DNA of 64,000 bases from Mytilus trossulus (taxonomy: Eukaryota), in assembly GCF_036588685.1 (NCBI RefSeq), contig NC_086379.1:74710001-74774000 (forward strand), written 5' to 3'. Position 1 is the stretch's first letter. Every line of letters begins with the position of its first letter. Both the position numbers and the translations under genes were made by a program. The notes beneath the pieces are model-generated. The model was given only the letters and a program-made list of their open reading frames with translations. It was not told the origin of the DNA and did no database searches. Positions 29,301 through 44,300 of the stretch are shown piece after piece.

Positions 29301-32300
29301 ACCTACAATAGAAATCATTGAACAGATTTGAACAATTAGCTGATAACGGGCATGGATTTTTCCTCTCACAGAGGTCAATAATATTTTCACATCTGTTGCC
29401 TGTCCATCCTGTTGGGCAAGAACAAAGAAAATCATTCTGTCCGTCTTGACACGTGCCACCATGTAAACAGGGATTTATGGCACAATCGTCTATGTTTATC
29501 TATAAATAAAAAAAATGAATTTATGTCAACAACCAGCTTTATTAGGTCTCTACTTCAACATTATCTATTATTCCTAACAGTAATATTCTAACTGAAAAAT
29601 AAAAAAATGTTCTTCATTTGTATTTCAAAATATGGTTGACTTATAAGAAAACTATTTTCTCAAATGTTTTATGCCAGATTTAAATTTTTCTTCCCAAGAT
29701 GATAATTTTTTAATCATCAATATATGTAGACTGGTTCCTCTCACAAAGTTTGCAGCTATTTTCTTTTGTTTCTGTTACAATGACATGGAATCCATGTCAT
29801 ACAGTATTTCTCTATTAGTGAATAAATGAACATAAAACTATATCAGTTTCACACAGAAATGAAGACAATTTGAGAGTTTTATAGCCTTGGAAAAAGAAAA
29901 AAGGCATCAGAAAAATTTTCTTTTTCTTCTAATCCAATTATAGAAATGCACTTAATGTGCAATATATACTTCATTTTACTATATTTTGAGGGAACGTACA
30001 GAACAATTACTTCCTGTGAACCCATCAAAGCATTGGCAGGAGTACGTGTTGACCCCATCAATACAGGTTCCTCTATTAGAGCAGGCTCCAGAGTAACAGT
30101 CAGGTTTATTGTTCTGACAGATGCTACCTGTAAACAAAAACCATCATTATATATACAGCAAAACCTGTATAAACCCACCGGCTACGGGACTACGAAAAAG
30201 GGCCCGTTTGGACAGTGAGCTGGTTTATTCAGGTTTCTGTTTTGAGATGAAGTAAATGACCTTGTGATGTCCAATATTTTGCATGTAAAAGTACTCTCTG
30301 ATTGTAAATTATATCTGATATATTAAAATACTTTCACTTTGTTTTTCATTGTTTGAATTTGCATCATAATGCTGGCGTTGTTTGGGTTGTGAGACAAGAG
30401 TTTTGATTTACTTTGAGATTTAAATTTGTTTATCCAAGTTACAACGTAAGTTCAATCCGAGATATATTCGTTGTATTTGTTTAATTAACACATTTATAAT
30501 GTTTAAATAAATAATACAGCTCACTACTGTACGATTGTAAGTTCACAGTTTAACACCTGACTAATTGATTATCCTGAAAAGCCATATTGTATAAACAAAT
30601 ATGTTTTGATTGCATATCGATCATTGAAATTAATTAGACAAACCAGTTTTGACAGGTAATAATTAATGTAATAAAAGACTTCACAATTAGACTGGAATTC
30701 AGAATACACAGGGTACAAAGGGTATTTAACAAAGTCTTTGAATGGAAAAAATGAGACTTTCATTTCAGCCAGAATGGACAGGAATGGGTTTATTCAGGGT
30801 TGGGTTTAGTCAGGTTTGACTACTTATTTTTGCAGGGTATTTATTCAGGGATCTCCATGGCCTGTTTAACGATGGCGCCCCGCCATCGTTCAAATGTATT
30901 GCGCCATCGTCAAATGACTCGCGCCATCGTTAAATTGGCTTGCGCCATCATTAAACTGTCTTCCGCCATCGTTCAAAACTTCATCGTTTTTTGTAGCCCG
31001 ACGCCATTTTTTTTATCAATTATAATCAAATGCATGTAATTGCATAACCCTTAGGCTTTTTATGTTATAATCCAATACAGTTCTAACGCCTGAGGGATAT
31101 CCGGATTAGGATCGCTAATCACTTGTACCTGAGCTTGTACAGGTAGATTGCCCAAACCCTACCCAAGGTTGAGACAGTGGGTAGGTAGGTAGGCATTTTC
31201 TTTTTTTTTTTCAAAAAAAGAAATTTAAGTATCAGATGTTTATTAGTCTTCATGTCTATTTGATTAAAAAAAAACTTCTTCAAATCAGGACAATAAAAGA
31301 ATTTGAATAGGCAGCTTTTTTCTGGGTAGGTAGCGTTTGGGCAAACAAACCTATTTTTTATTTTGGCCCCAGACAGGAGAATACTATCTGAGGATAGACG
31401 ACCAATTGTCGAATTAATCAACTTAGTTTCAGCAAATGATTATGATAATTTAGATTAAATAAATTAATTAATAATCCAGTGACAAAGAAAATAGTTTAAC
31501 AAGTCGAACACGTGCTTTATTTTGACTTACGCAATCAGCATCCCCCTTTTTAAGAAGTACAAAATAAGACGCAAAACAGTAAATATTATTTCATCGCAAA
31601 TAACTCGAGTACTGCTGTAACGATAATTTAAAATTACTTTAAAAGTTTAAAAGGAAAAACTTAATTAAATATTTCCTGTAAAGAAATATCGTATCGTAAT
31701 TCCGAATTCATTTCGTATATTACAATCAAATTGATACATCCGCGTTTCCGGTTTCTATTCAGACTCGAAAGATGCATGTTGCACAGCATCAATTTGCCAG
31801 ATAAAGTCATTAAAAACCTCTTCGTTTGTCAACGTTTGCTTTACATATCTCTTTAACCTTTTACATAACCCGTACGAATCGTTTTGTTGGTGCTGCAAAT
31901 CAGCCATACCGGTAATGGGTTCTGAATTTGACAGTGTCCATGAAAAATAAGTTCCACATGATGGCACATCATATGATTTTTAACCGCCATGAAAATTACT
32001 AAAAATACAAGAAATCTACACGGGGACCTTCATGACAGCTTTTGGTCATTCTCGACTAAGGGGGGACCATGAAGACTTGGCTTTTGAATGGTTAAAAACA
32101 GCAATAAATGAAAATATTGATACTTCTAATTCTATAATGAAAATTCAAATAAATATAATTTAAATAAGCAATGAATTAGCATGTTCACCATTCCTTGTAT
32201 GGAGGGATAAAATACTTCCGATCGCGCTACACTGTACAGCGTAGACACGGTTTGTAATGGTGAGAGTTCCTCCATGGTTCAATTTTCATCCATGGAGATC

Positions 32301-35300
32301 CCTGTTATTTAAGACTTGAATGCTTCTTTTTGTAACTTCATTGGGGTGTAAAAGCGTTGACAGAAGTACATTTTGTATGAAGTGTGAAGTGCTTCATTCT
32401 AAAAATCATGGTCAACGCTTTTACAACCCTATGACGTTACAAAAAGAAGCATTAAATACTTATAATTACATTTTTTTAGCTAGGATCATGAAAACACGAA
32501 TTTTATATTAATTTTTTATTTGATTCACATGTGCACTTTATTGTGGGACCTCCTGTTATCATAAATGAAAAGTTTTATTGAGTAATGCAATTGCTTAAGG
32601 AATAACATGTGATTTGCAGTTAGCCAATCATAATAATGTATTATAGTGAAACATACATCTAATGTAATTAATTTCATGTACATGTCAGTAGTTATAATTA
32701 TGAGGGCAGAAATGTCTTGTATTGTCAAGCACCTGACATCTCGTTTTGTACCTACCTTTAGAGTAAATTTTTAACAAATACATTATTGTCATTTGTCAAG
32801 CGAGGTACCCTATTACTACCCTTTTATATACACTTTAAAATAAATAAGAGCAAATAAAATACCTTGAAGTGAAATCTGTTTTGATTGATTTCCTACATAC
32901 CTGTGTATCCCTCTGGACAGTCACATTCATGGCCATTCAGTATATCTCTGCAGTTTCCTCCATTCAGACATTGGTTAACAGATGGACAGTCATCAATGTT
33001 ATGTTCACACAGGGAACCAGTATAACCAGGTTTACAGTTACAGCGGAATCCACCAGCTTGATTAAAGCATGTAGCTCCATTCTGACATGGACTATCATTA
33101 TAATCACAGTATAAAAGGTCTGTACATAGTCTTCCCTTGAAAACTGCAAACAGAAATTTATAATGAATCATGTGTCTGAAGACATAATTAGCCAAGGTTT
33201 ATGCATTTACCATCTTATTATAATATATACATTTCAAGTTTCTCAAACAAGTTCAATCAATTTAAAAGAAGTGAATAGGAAAACATTCAAAATATAAAGT
33301 CTTAGAAGACAATAAATATAATAAAAAAATAAATAACAATTCAGATATAAATTACCATAATACTTTACTCTTTTTCTTTAATGTCGACTGACATATGATA
33401 AATCTTTTAAACTGCGTATTATTTACAACAGAAAGAGTTTGATTTTTACACTGATCATGTGATATGTCACATGAGTATTAACTTACCTTTATTAGCACTA
33501 CATCTGTACCGTACTTCATAATCCTCACATGGATTCTTGGGATTACTCTCACATTTCAAACCCTCTATACCACAAGTCAATGAAAACGTATCTCCTGTCT
33601 CATAGTGATATGTCAGAGTCTTATTAAACACACGACACTCTGCTCCAACAGGCTTTGTTCCTCCACATATAGCCATACCATACTAAACAAAACAAAAATT
33701 ACAATCCACATTTTTACTGATTAATGGTTATAAATAATGTCTCCTTAATAAAGAAGTGTTAAATACACATGCAAAAACGTTTTTAAGGGAGATTATAGTA
33801 TCTATGGAATAAAGAATTTGATTTTGAAAGGATTGTTTCTCAGGTTTGATTTTTTACTCTGCTACATCCACATAAGTTACCTTGGTAAAGTTAAATTCAA
33901 ATCTATATAACTACGATAGACAATGGATTTTTTCCCCCTGAATTCAAAGCTTCAAAAGGGTATTATAATCATGAATTGTCTATATGAACATTTGCACAGT
34001 TTTATGTATGGTTGCTTTGTTAAATCAAGTACATTATACCTTTCCTGTAAGTGTTTTTATTCTCTCTTTATCACCCTTGTCTTTACCTGGACTGTCAGTG
34101 TTAAACCATGGAGTGTAGAAATCATCTGTAATTAATATGCAAAGTGAATATGGAAGTTATCTGAGGGACATTTTAATTCATCTCTGAAAAACATTTTGAT
34201 TGATCTCTTAAAGACATTTTACAAGTTTCCTTAAAGAAATTTTTGATATTTCTCTGAAGGTCTTTTTGGAAATTCTTTGAAAAACATTTTGAAAATTCTC
34301 TGGAGGACATTTTGGAAGTTCTCTGAAAAACATTTTGAAAACTCTCTGAAGCAGCTTAGGTGAGGGACATTTTGGAAATTCTTTGAAAAACATTTTGAAA
34401 ATTCTCTGGAGGACAATTTGGAAGTTCTCATAAATGACATTATGAAGTTCTCATAAAGGACATTATGAAGTTCTCATAAAGGACATTATGAAGTTCTTTG
34501 AAGGACATTTTGAAGTTCTCTGTACAACATTCTGAAAGTTCTCTGAACTAAGTTTTGGAAGTTCTCTGACAGACATTTGTTTTTTCTCTGAAGGACATTT
34601 TGGGAGTTCTCTGAAGGACATATTAAAAGTTCTCTGAAGAAAACTTTGAAAGTTTCTGAAAGACATTTGTTTTTTTTCTGAAGGTCATTTTGAAAGTTCT
34701 GGGAAAGACATTTGGTTTTTCTCTGAAGGACATTTTGGAAGTTTTCTGAAGGACATATTGAAAGTTCTCTGAAAAACACTTTGAAAGTTCTTGGAAAGAC
34801 ATTTGGGTTTCTCTAAAGGGCATTTTTGTTGTTCTATGGTGGACATTTTGGAAGAACTCTAAAGGACCTCTTGATTTAAATCCTCTCAGTTTCATACTTT
34901 TTGCTTCCAAATTCATTTTCAAGTGAACCTGATAGTTATCCCACACACAGTAATTGTGCCTAGAAAAATGTCTCAATGAGATATTCCATGATTTATTATT
35001 TGTATTTTCACACATATATATTTAAAATAAAGTATCAGTACACATTTTAGAATTTTTACATATACATACCTACAGGTCTGATACAACGATGAACATAAAA
35101 GTCATAGCTTGAGTTTGAAGACATCCCTACACCAATCAAAGAGCTGTTAAATATGTAGCAAATTTTATCAGTTGGTTGGTAAACAAACCCCTGACAACTA
35201 CTTGATGCATTATCACATGTAGATCTGCATTCACTGGCTGTGTAATTTTCATTAGTCGAATCTGCCCCTTCTAGTGACACTGATGGAAGAGTATTCACAT

Positions 35301-38300
35301 GTAGTTTGAAGTCACAAAATTCACCTGTAAAAAAAATCATAAGTAAAATTATATGTTGAAAAAAAAATGGAAAATTGACCAAACAGTTTGCATGTTTATC
35401 GTTAAGGCATTCATATTTGATGTGTAAACATTTTTTTATATCTATCCCTCAGGTATTTTATACTAATGATGCCCAATAATACAATTAGTTCTATACAAAG
35501 TTCAGGCTTATTTCCAAAATTGAAGAACAAATTCATTAAGTGATTCTTACTAAGCTTTCACATATTTTATGTTTACAAGCATTCAATACATATATACAAG
35601 TCTATTTAGGAAACTGCTGACACAAATGTTATATAAACCATATTTGGAAAACAAGAATGTGTCCAAAGTACACAGATGCCCAATCCACACTATTATTTTC
35701 TATGTTGAGTGGACTGTGAAGCTGGGGGTAAAAACTCTAATTTGGCATTAACATTAGAAAGATCAAAGGAAACATGTATACTAAGTTTCAAGTTGAATGG
35801 ACTTTAACTTCACAAGAATTGTTGTTTACACCTTATTTGTTCTATATAAATATTAAGTCTCATTGGCAATCTTACCACATTTATTTTTTATAATAAAGCA
35901 CAAATACAGCCTAATTAAGGAATGACTGTAATATATTTTCTGTCTATGAAAAAATAACATAACAAATTTGGTGCACACTGAATAACGCATGTAGCGGATT
36001 ATTTAACAGTGTGCACCACATTTTTTATGTTATTTTGAATAGACAGAAAAATATTACAGTAATTTCTTATAATTTAATTCTAAATTCCATTTTAAACCGT
36101 AGAAAACTATGAAAAACGTTGACGACATGACTAAATTATGTCTATGGGCAGATAACAAAATAACGTCAGCCAATCAAAAGACATGTTACATCCAAAATTA
36201 AATGTCTATAAACTAAACTCCAAAAATAACATAGACCTTCACAATGGACAAGCTGTAGGGTTCAGTCCTCTAACCATCTATATACATCAATGATACTAAC
36301 CATTAGAATGCCTTCATAATTACTGTCACAAGATAGCCCTGCATTTCAAACATGTATAGGTGACTGTTATTTAGACAACACATCTACCATTGCACACTAA
36401 TACTCACCATAAGACACACCTTCGTTGCAGACACATCTGTAGGAGTCTGTTCTATAATCATCTACACATGTTCCACCCTTACAGTCAACACATGGACTGG
36501 TACGAACTTCACATCGGGTACCAGAATAACCATTCTTACATTGACAGAAATATCCATTTACTCTGTCATCACATGTTGCATCATTATAACATGGATTAGA
36601 ATCACATTCCTCTGGAAAAAAAATAACATGTATAAAGTAAACTTAATATGGATCATTGCCAAAGAATATAATGCCATTCTATAAAAGCAATTCTCATTTT
36701 CACCCAAATATAAGAAATAATGTCCCATTTTTACAATTAACACTAGAATATATACAGATAATTTTATAGTCTCTCATGTCTGAGAAAGATTACAGAAATA
36801 AATGCAAACAATTTTACTCCCATAGTAAACTGCTCTATCAAATCCAAATTTGAATATATGATAATGAGGATACAGGAATTGGACAGTCTTCATGATTAAC
36901 CTCAAATTGCTTGTTTATTCAAGTTATTCAAACGAACAACGAGATGCTCTTCAAAGTTCATAAATTCTATTCCTACATAACTTTCTATATATATGTGGGT
37001 TGAATATTTATTATATTGGGCTTTTAAACTTTATTTCAATTTCCAAACATTTAAACAAAATAGGAGTTACATCATTATATCGAGGACCATGTGTCTCATT
37101 TCAAATAGTATAGTACTTACCGATATCAGTTTCACAATCAACCCCAGTAAAACCAGGCAGACAGACACATTTCCTCCGAACATTGTTGTAATTTTCACAC
37201 TTAGCCTTATTGAGGCATGGTTTTACTTCACATATATCTGTTTGCATTTCACAGCTGAAATGTACAAAGTTAAATGCAATATGTACAGATTTTCTAAAAA
37301 AAAAACCACAGCCATGGTAGTAAAACAATTATAATATTTTGACCATTTGTTCATTTATAATGATAAATGCAGACTTATTTTCATCAGCTTTTTGGAAGGT
37401 CAACATTTGAATTTTCAAGTCTTGCATACAAAGTTAACATTCGACTGAAATTCATGTCATTAAAGTAATTTCATAAGTAATGTATTTAAAACAAAAAGGT
37501 TATTTATGCATCTAGGTGAGTATCACAATAATAAGAGTTCACATGCTAATATCACATACATGTATCTTAATACAGATTTTCCTGAAATCGCAATAAATAA
37601 CCTCATATTTTTGTCCTTTCTTAAATAATTTCATATCAATTAACCTCAGATTGTTGTTCTTTTAATAAAAAAAAGTCACACTAATAAATACAAGTAATAA
37701 TTTCTGAATTTACACAAGTCTGAAATCTGCTAATATCTTACTTTGGTCCTTTGTATTTAACAGGACATATACAGGTAAAAGAGTTGACCTGGTTTATACA
37801 AACTCCCCCATTTATACATGTACTATTCATACATTCAGTATTATCATCTATTTCACATCTTTCTCCAGAGGTTCCTGTTTAAATAAAACAAAAACAAACA
37901 TAAAGTAGTAGATATTTTCACATCTATAAAAATATTTAAAATGATTCAACAGAACAAAATCAAAATCAAATGTACAAGTGAGACACAAATTAGTGAAGGA
38001 AGAAGGGGGGCATTAGTATGTGGGTATTATCAAACACATGCAATTTACAAATAAATATTAGCATGAGAGTTAGTGTCCATACAGAAAAACTTCTTGTTTC
38101 AATTTTGAATAACCTCATTAATAGAGTTGATATAAATTGTAAATCTTTATTTGAAAAAGTCAAATGTTTAAATATCAATTAAAATAACAATAAATAAGAA
38201 CCTCATTATCAAATACATGTGTAAAATCCACTAATAGCGTGATACCTTTTTTGGTTTACTCGACACAAGGACAAAGACATGTTTTTTTTTGTTAAGTCAC

Positions 38301-41300
38301 CATTAGGAAAACATGAATATTAGTTCACTCACCAAGAGGGCAATAACATGTACATTAGATTAACTCACCATTTGGAAAAAGATATACAAGTTTAAAAACA
38401 ACTAAAACAAAGACTTGTACATTTGTTTACTCACCATTAAGACAATCACAAGTATAATTAGTGGGTGTACTTGTACATGTGCCATTATTGTAACATGGCT
38501 CTGATAAACAGTGATTAACTTCTATCTCACAGTGTCTCCCATAGTATCCTGTAAAAATATTAGAGGTATAGCTTTTAGTTTTATTTCATTGGAATTTTCA
38601 TAAATTCATAAAAAAAAGACTACCACCTCTCCAGTAGTAGGGGTTTAATTATAAATGCAAGGTTATTTAAAATTAACTTTAAGCCTAGGTTCTAAAGACA
38701 CATTAGCATCAACCCAAACCCGCTGCTTGATTGTATTTATCGCCAGATCAAAATAAATAGACTGTTTGTAAAAAATCTGTTGTGTTCAAGTTTTGACACT
38801 TTCAAACTATCCAAAGAAGGGTAACTCTAACTCATTGACTTGCAAAATATGTATTGGACACAATTTTATTCCAACATTCAGCTTAGAAAGGTGGAGGTTT
38901 AATATGTAAGCTTCATTGGTGAAATATAAACAATATATTTAATAGATTTGTAACAAGTTATGTATTTCTAAAACGAAAAGTGATCGATACATCTCCACCC
39001 GTACGACAGTAGCGGTACTGAGAACAGTACTTATAATAATCATTTGGACTTTTCTTCGAATTGCTTATAATGGATAACTAAAAATTTAAATTAGCAGGAG
39101 TCCGGTTCAGAAATAGGTTAAGCATGTTATTTGTGTTGCTCATAAATTAGTCTCCTGTGAAATGTTTGGAGTACTAGTTATTATTCATATCTATATGTAT
39201 TGCAACCATGTTGTATTTCGTCGCTGGGCTTCAAAAATGTTGTCAAGAAAAAAATATCTCACAAACAGGCTTTGAAAATTTTTGCAAAATGCATGCTTCC
39301 AAAATGTCGTATGTGAACTTGAACATTTTTGTAAATGGCAGTGAAATAAAAATTTTGACATTTCTGGATTATCCAAGAACTTAAATTATTTTCAAAGAAA
39401 TAAAGAAATGTACAATTATTTTTTCCCAAAGCCATTCTACAACGATTTTCAAGTTTTCATACAACATTTTGGAAGCAAACTTAACAAACAACTGACATTG
39501 GCAATTTTGTAATATGTCTTATTTCACACATTTTGATTGGTCTAACTGCATGCTATTTTGTAATACCAAAGATTTCCTCCCGCCAATACCATTGGTGTCA
39601 AAAAATATTTTCAGCCAAACTAGAGGCTCTAAAGAGCCTGTGTCGCTCACCTTGGTCTTTGTGAATATTAACCCTTTCATCCCCGACGTTGCTTTGAGGC
39701 ATCGCCTGACGTTGGCCCGACGTTGCTTCAACGCATCGCCTGACGTTGGCCCAACGATGCTTTGAGGCATAATTTCTCGGTATTTTTTTAAATCAGTTTC
39801 ATAACGAAATGGCGGGGCGCATGCAAGGGAAAATGGACGTAGTCATTGAACGTATTTTGAAATTTGTTTTTATGCTTTGTTCAGTGTAATCGTACTGTTT
39901 AAAATAAGAAAAATACTGTTGAAACGTCATTCTTAAAGGGAAGAAATTAATGGCGTCCTCCGTGGTGCAACATGTGTTCAACAGCTGTTTATTTCAATGT
40001 TTTACGTTTTGAAAAAGGCCTTCTCGGTGAAAATTGTAAATGTCAATTCCGTGACCTCATTTGCGATCATTTGCATATCAATGCGGATATGCAGGGGTGA
40101 TATAATCCAACATTTTGTTGAAAGTTGTCGTTTTCAGATTCGGTTGCGCTAACCTTATTGCTGCTTCGTTACTTCTTTATTTATTTCTGTAAATGGCCAT
40201 GACACATTTATTTAGTCCAAAAATGAGACCGCATGCAAGTCTCCATTTTTGTTTTGTTTTTCAATTCTATTATATAAATATATTGACCTTTAAAGTTGGC
40301 CTTCAGTTGACCAATAAAAACGGGGATTCCGTTTCTTACTGTCGTAATGTCATGTGAGATGTCATGTGCTTGCGGTAAAAATAATGTGTATTTTTCGAAG
40401 CTATGAACTCATTTATATAATTATATATATATACGATTTTATTTTTTTAATAAATCGTTTGAAACGTAAAATAAAGTGTGAAAAAAACATCCTGTCTTGA
40501 AGGTTAATCAGAGTCCAAATTAAAAACATGTGTCGATGTTCCATCTAACACGTGTTTTCCTGGTGGTCGAGGATTCTTGGAACTCATTTGCATATTATTA
40601 CGATTTTATATTTTCACAAATGATAGATAATAACACGCGTATGTGTTATAAAAAGAGGCAAACCGAGTATGTGTCACATAGAAGATTTGTTGTTCTTCAA
40701 AATTTTCTAATAAATAAATACTCAACAACTGTTTTCGCAATTACTTGCATTGAACGTTGGAATGTGTATTCGCATTTCATTTTATTTTTAACTCTGACCT
40801 TATATCATCCAATTAAAACTCGGGGTTCCCTTCTTAATACATGTGATATATCATGTGATTCTAATATGTCGTCTGTAAACAAATAATAAAATTGAAATGT
40901 CCGATTCTTCAGACGAGGAATTCTTCGGTTTTGAAGCCGATGAAATTCAGCAGGCTGCTCAACGGTACGAGCAATTATTAATAGATCAAGGAATAGGTGA
41001 TGATTTTGAATTCTATTCTTCAGGGAACGAGTCCGAGGACTCGGAAACAGAACCTATCGATGATACCATTCCTATTTATAATATCAATGACCAAGTAGTC
41101 CCAGATATAGACAATGTTGGAAACAACTGGCATAACAATTTTGATATATATGAAAGGGGTTTACCTCATTTATTTCAACCTAGAGGTCCAGATGGAAGGG
41201 CAACCGGCCCAGCTACTATTTTAGCTGCCGATAAGGGTCCAATTGATTTCTTCAAATTGTTTTTGAATGACATATTATTTGAACATATAATTAATGAAAC

Positions 41301-44300
41301 TGAAAGATATGCCAATCAACAAATCACTGAAAACCCAGATGGTAATAAATCTGCCTGGTCAAAACCAAGTCTAACAGAAATAAAAGCTTTCATTGGTCTT
41401 TGCTTTCTGATGGGAATTGATGTTAAACCAGAAACCAAACTATACTGGTCAACTGATCCCTGCATGGAATCTCCAATATTCGGAAAAACAATGCCCAGGA
41501 ATAGATTTATGCAAATCATGAGGTATCTTCATTTTAGTAACAATCATAATGCACAACAACCAGGTCATCCATCATATGATGTACTTTATAAAATTAGAAA
41601 TATCTTGAATATGTTCAACACATCCATGAAAAGAGAATTCGTCCCTTCACGCCAGGTCTCTATAGACGAATGTATGATACCCTTCAAAGGAAGGGTCAAA
41701 TTCAAACAATATATGCCAGCCAAACCAACTAAATGGGGAATCAAGATATGGGCACTTGCAGATTCAAATACAGGATACATCTGCTATACAGATGTTTATA
41801 CAGGAAAAACTGATAGACCACAGGGACAGTTGGGTGAACATGTTGTGAAAAAATGTATAGAGGGGGCTGATATTGGTGGGCAGGGATACCATGTATATGT
41901 TGACAACTTCTTTTCATCACCAAAACTATTCCAAACCCTGTTTGATAACTATCAAACTGCAGCATGTGGAACAGTCCGCAAAAACAGAAGTGGTTTACCA
42001 GCTGATTTCATGTTAAAACTGCCTGTTGGTATCAAAACTAGGGGGGACGTGCAGTTTTTTCAAAGGAAGGCTATTTCTGGTGTCTTATGGAAAGACAAAA
42101 AAATTGTAACTGCAATTTCAACAATTCATGATCATTCTATGTCTGAAGTACAGCGTTTGGTTCAAGTAGATGGTCAATTTAACAAAGCAGACATACCATG
42201 CCCAAAAATCATAGTCGACTACACTAAGTACATGGGAGGAGTCGACAGAGCTGATCAGTACATACAGTACTACTGCTTTAACCACAAAACACAGAAGTGG
42301 TATAAACGGGTGTTTTTCAAATTTCTGGAAATCTTAAAGTATAATGCATACAGGCTGTTTCTGTTGAGTCCAAACCATCAAACAGTCGGCAACTCACCTG
42401 CAATGACATTTCTACAATTTTCCCGACAAATTACCAGTAGCCTTATAGATGGTTACTGTGGCATTAGTAACAAAGGTCGTCAAGCTGCAGCCCCAGTACC
42501 ATCACGTCTCACAGAGAGACATATGCCTAACATTGTTGGAAACAAATCATGGTGCCATGTGTGTTGGGCAAAGGTTGCCGCTGGTAAGCAGGAGAAGAGA
42601 AGACAAACCATGTATGGTTGTATTGAATGTGGTAAACACTTCTGCCTACCAGAGTGCTTTACAGCCTACCACACAAAATCAAAATACTGTTAATTAACTA
42701 GTTATTCTTTAAATCGTTTGTTACTTTGTTGGAAATCGTTTGACTTTATTCTTTAAATCATGGAGACTTAAATTACTGTTGGAAAAAATTATTTGAACTG
42801 AAAAACTGAATGAATTATAAAGGAAAACAGATTTCAACCAGTGCCAGTGGTTACATGTATTTGTGGTTATCTGATGATAAAAAAACTTTCATGTTTTCTG
42901 GGACTTTTTTCTTGTTAAAAGTAAGTAATTGTTTCACCTGTTCTTAAAAGTTGGCTTGTTAATTGACTTGTAGTTGCATGTATTCCATTTACTTTTAAAT
43001 TCCGTTGTCAGCATGCTGAACCATTTACCGTTACATGTGCAAATCAGAGTACACATTTTTGTGTATTGACCCTTTCGTCTATAAATATCTCGGAAGTTTC
43101 CGAATTAAAACGAGGCAATGACAACATTACACAAATCAATGGCTGAACGCTGAACATAAAAAAAAGATGGATCGATAATAAAAGAATATCTCGATTTATA
43201 TTGAGTAATCGTTCTCTTGGTCGAGGATGGTCTTTTCAGATGTGGTTATTTAATAGGGAAAACAATAATATGAACAATTCGTCGGCAATTTAAAAGATTC
43301 ATAAGTATTTAAAACTTTTTAGCGAACGCTTGTTCGTAAAACTTGTTGTTTCGTTTTACTCGTATGGTTAAATGTACGTAAACAACTTTAGTTTTCTGTA
43401 ATTTAGTTTCTGAGCAATGGTTTGACATGTTAATCTACCGTTTTCATTCCGTTTCCTGTCTTTTGACGGCTACAACTGCCCTTATTCCCCATATACTAAA
43501 CATAAGCGAAAACGCGCACTTATCTGGGAATTAATTCGGGCCGGTGACGGTCTCATGCAGTATTTGATAATGTCATAGAAACTCATAGACCAGTTCAATC
43601 CGGTAAGGAAAGTGTTAAACAAAGGAAGCAGATGGATTCATGATTCGTGATGGTGTTATGTTTGTACATCTTACTTTACTGAACATTCTTGCTGCTTACA
43701 ATTATCACTATCTATAATGAACTTGGCCCAGTAGTTTCTGTGGAAAATGTTACCGGTAGTAAAAATTTACAAATTTTGGTCATGTTGACTTATGTGTAAA
43801 TCTTACTTTGCTGAACCTTATTGCTGTTTACAGTTTATTTCTATCCATAATAATATTCAAGATAATAATCAAAAACAGCAAAATTTCCTTAAAATTACCA
43901 ATTCAGGGACAGCAACCCAACAATGGGTTCTCTAATTCATCTGAAAATTCCAGGGCAGATAGATCTTGACCTGATAAAACAATTTTATACCAGGTCAGAT
44001 TTGTTCTAAATGCTTTGGTTTTTGAGTTATAAGCCAAAAACTGCATTTTACCCCTATGTTCTATTTTTAGCCATGGCGTCCATCTTGATTAGTTGCCCGG
44101 TTCACCCCACACATTTTTTAAACTAGATACCCTAGAGATGATTGTGGCCAAGTTTGGATTAATTTGGCCCAGTTGTTTCAGAGGAGAAGATTTTTGTAAA
44201 AGATTACTAAGATTTACGAAAAATGGTTAAAAATTGACTATAAAGGGCAATAACTCCTAAAGGGGTCAACTGACCATTTTGGTCATGTTGACTTATTTGT

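Noticed and set aside
31755-31967. Transposase remnant in the 30846 element
   Set aside because: No motif I can identify; would need a profile search.
34208-35015. Overlapping F/Q/R/S-rich ORFs
   Set aside because: Translations of the 22-23-bp minisatellite.
40530-40886. 118-aa ORF upstream of the piggyBac transposase as an accessory gene
   Set aside because: Non-ATG start, AT-rich UTR-like composition and no recognisable motif.
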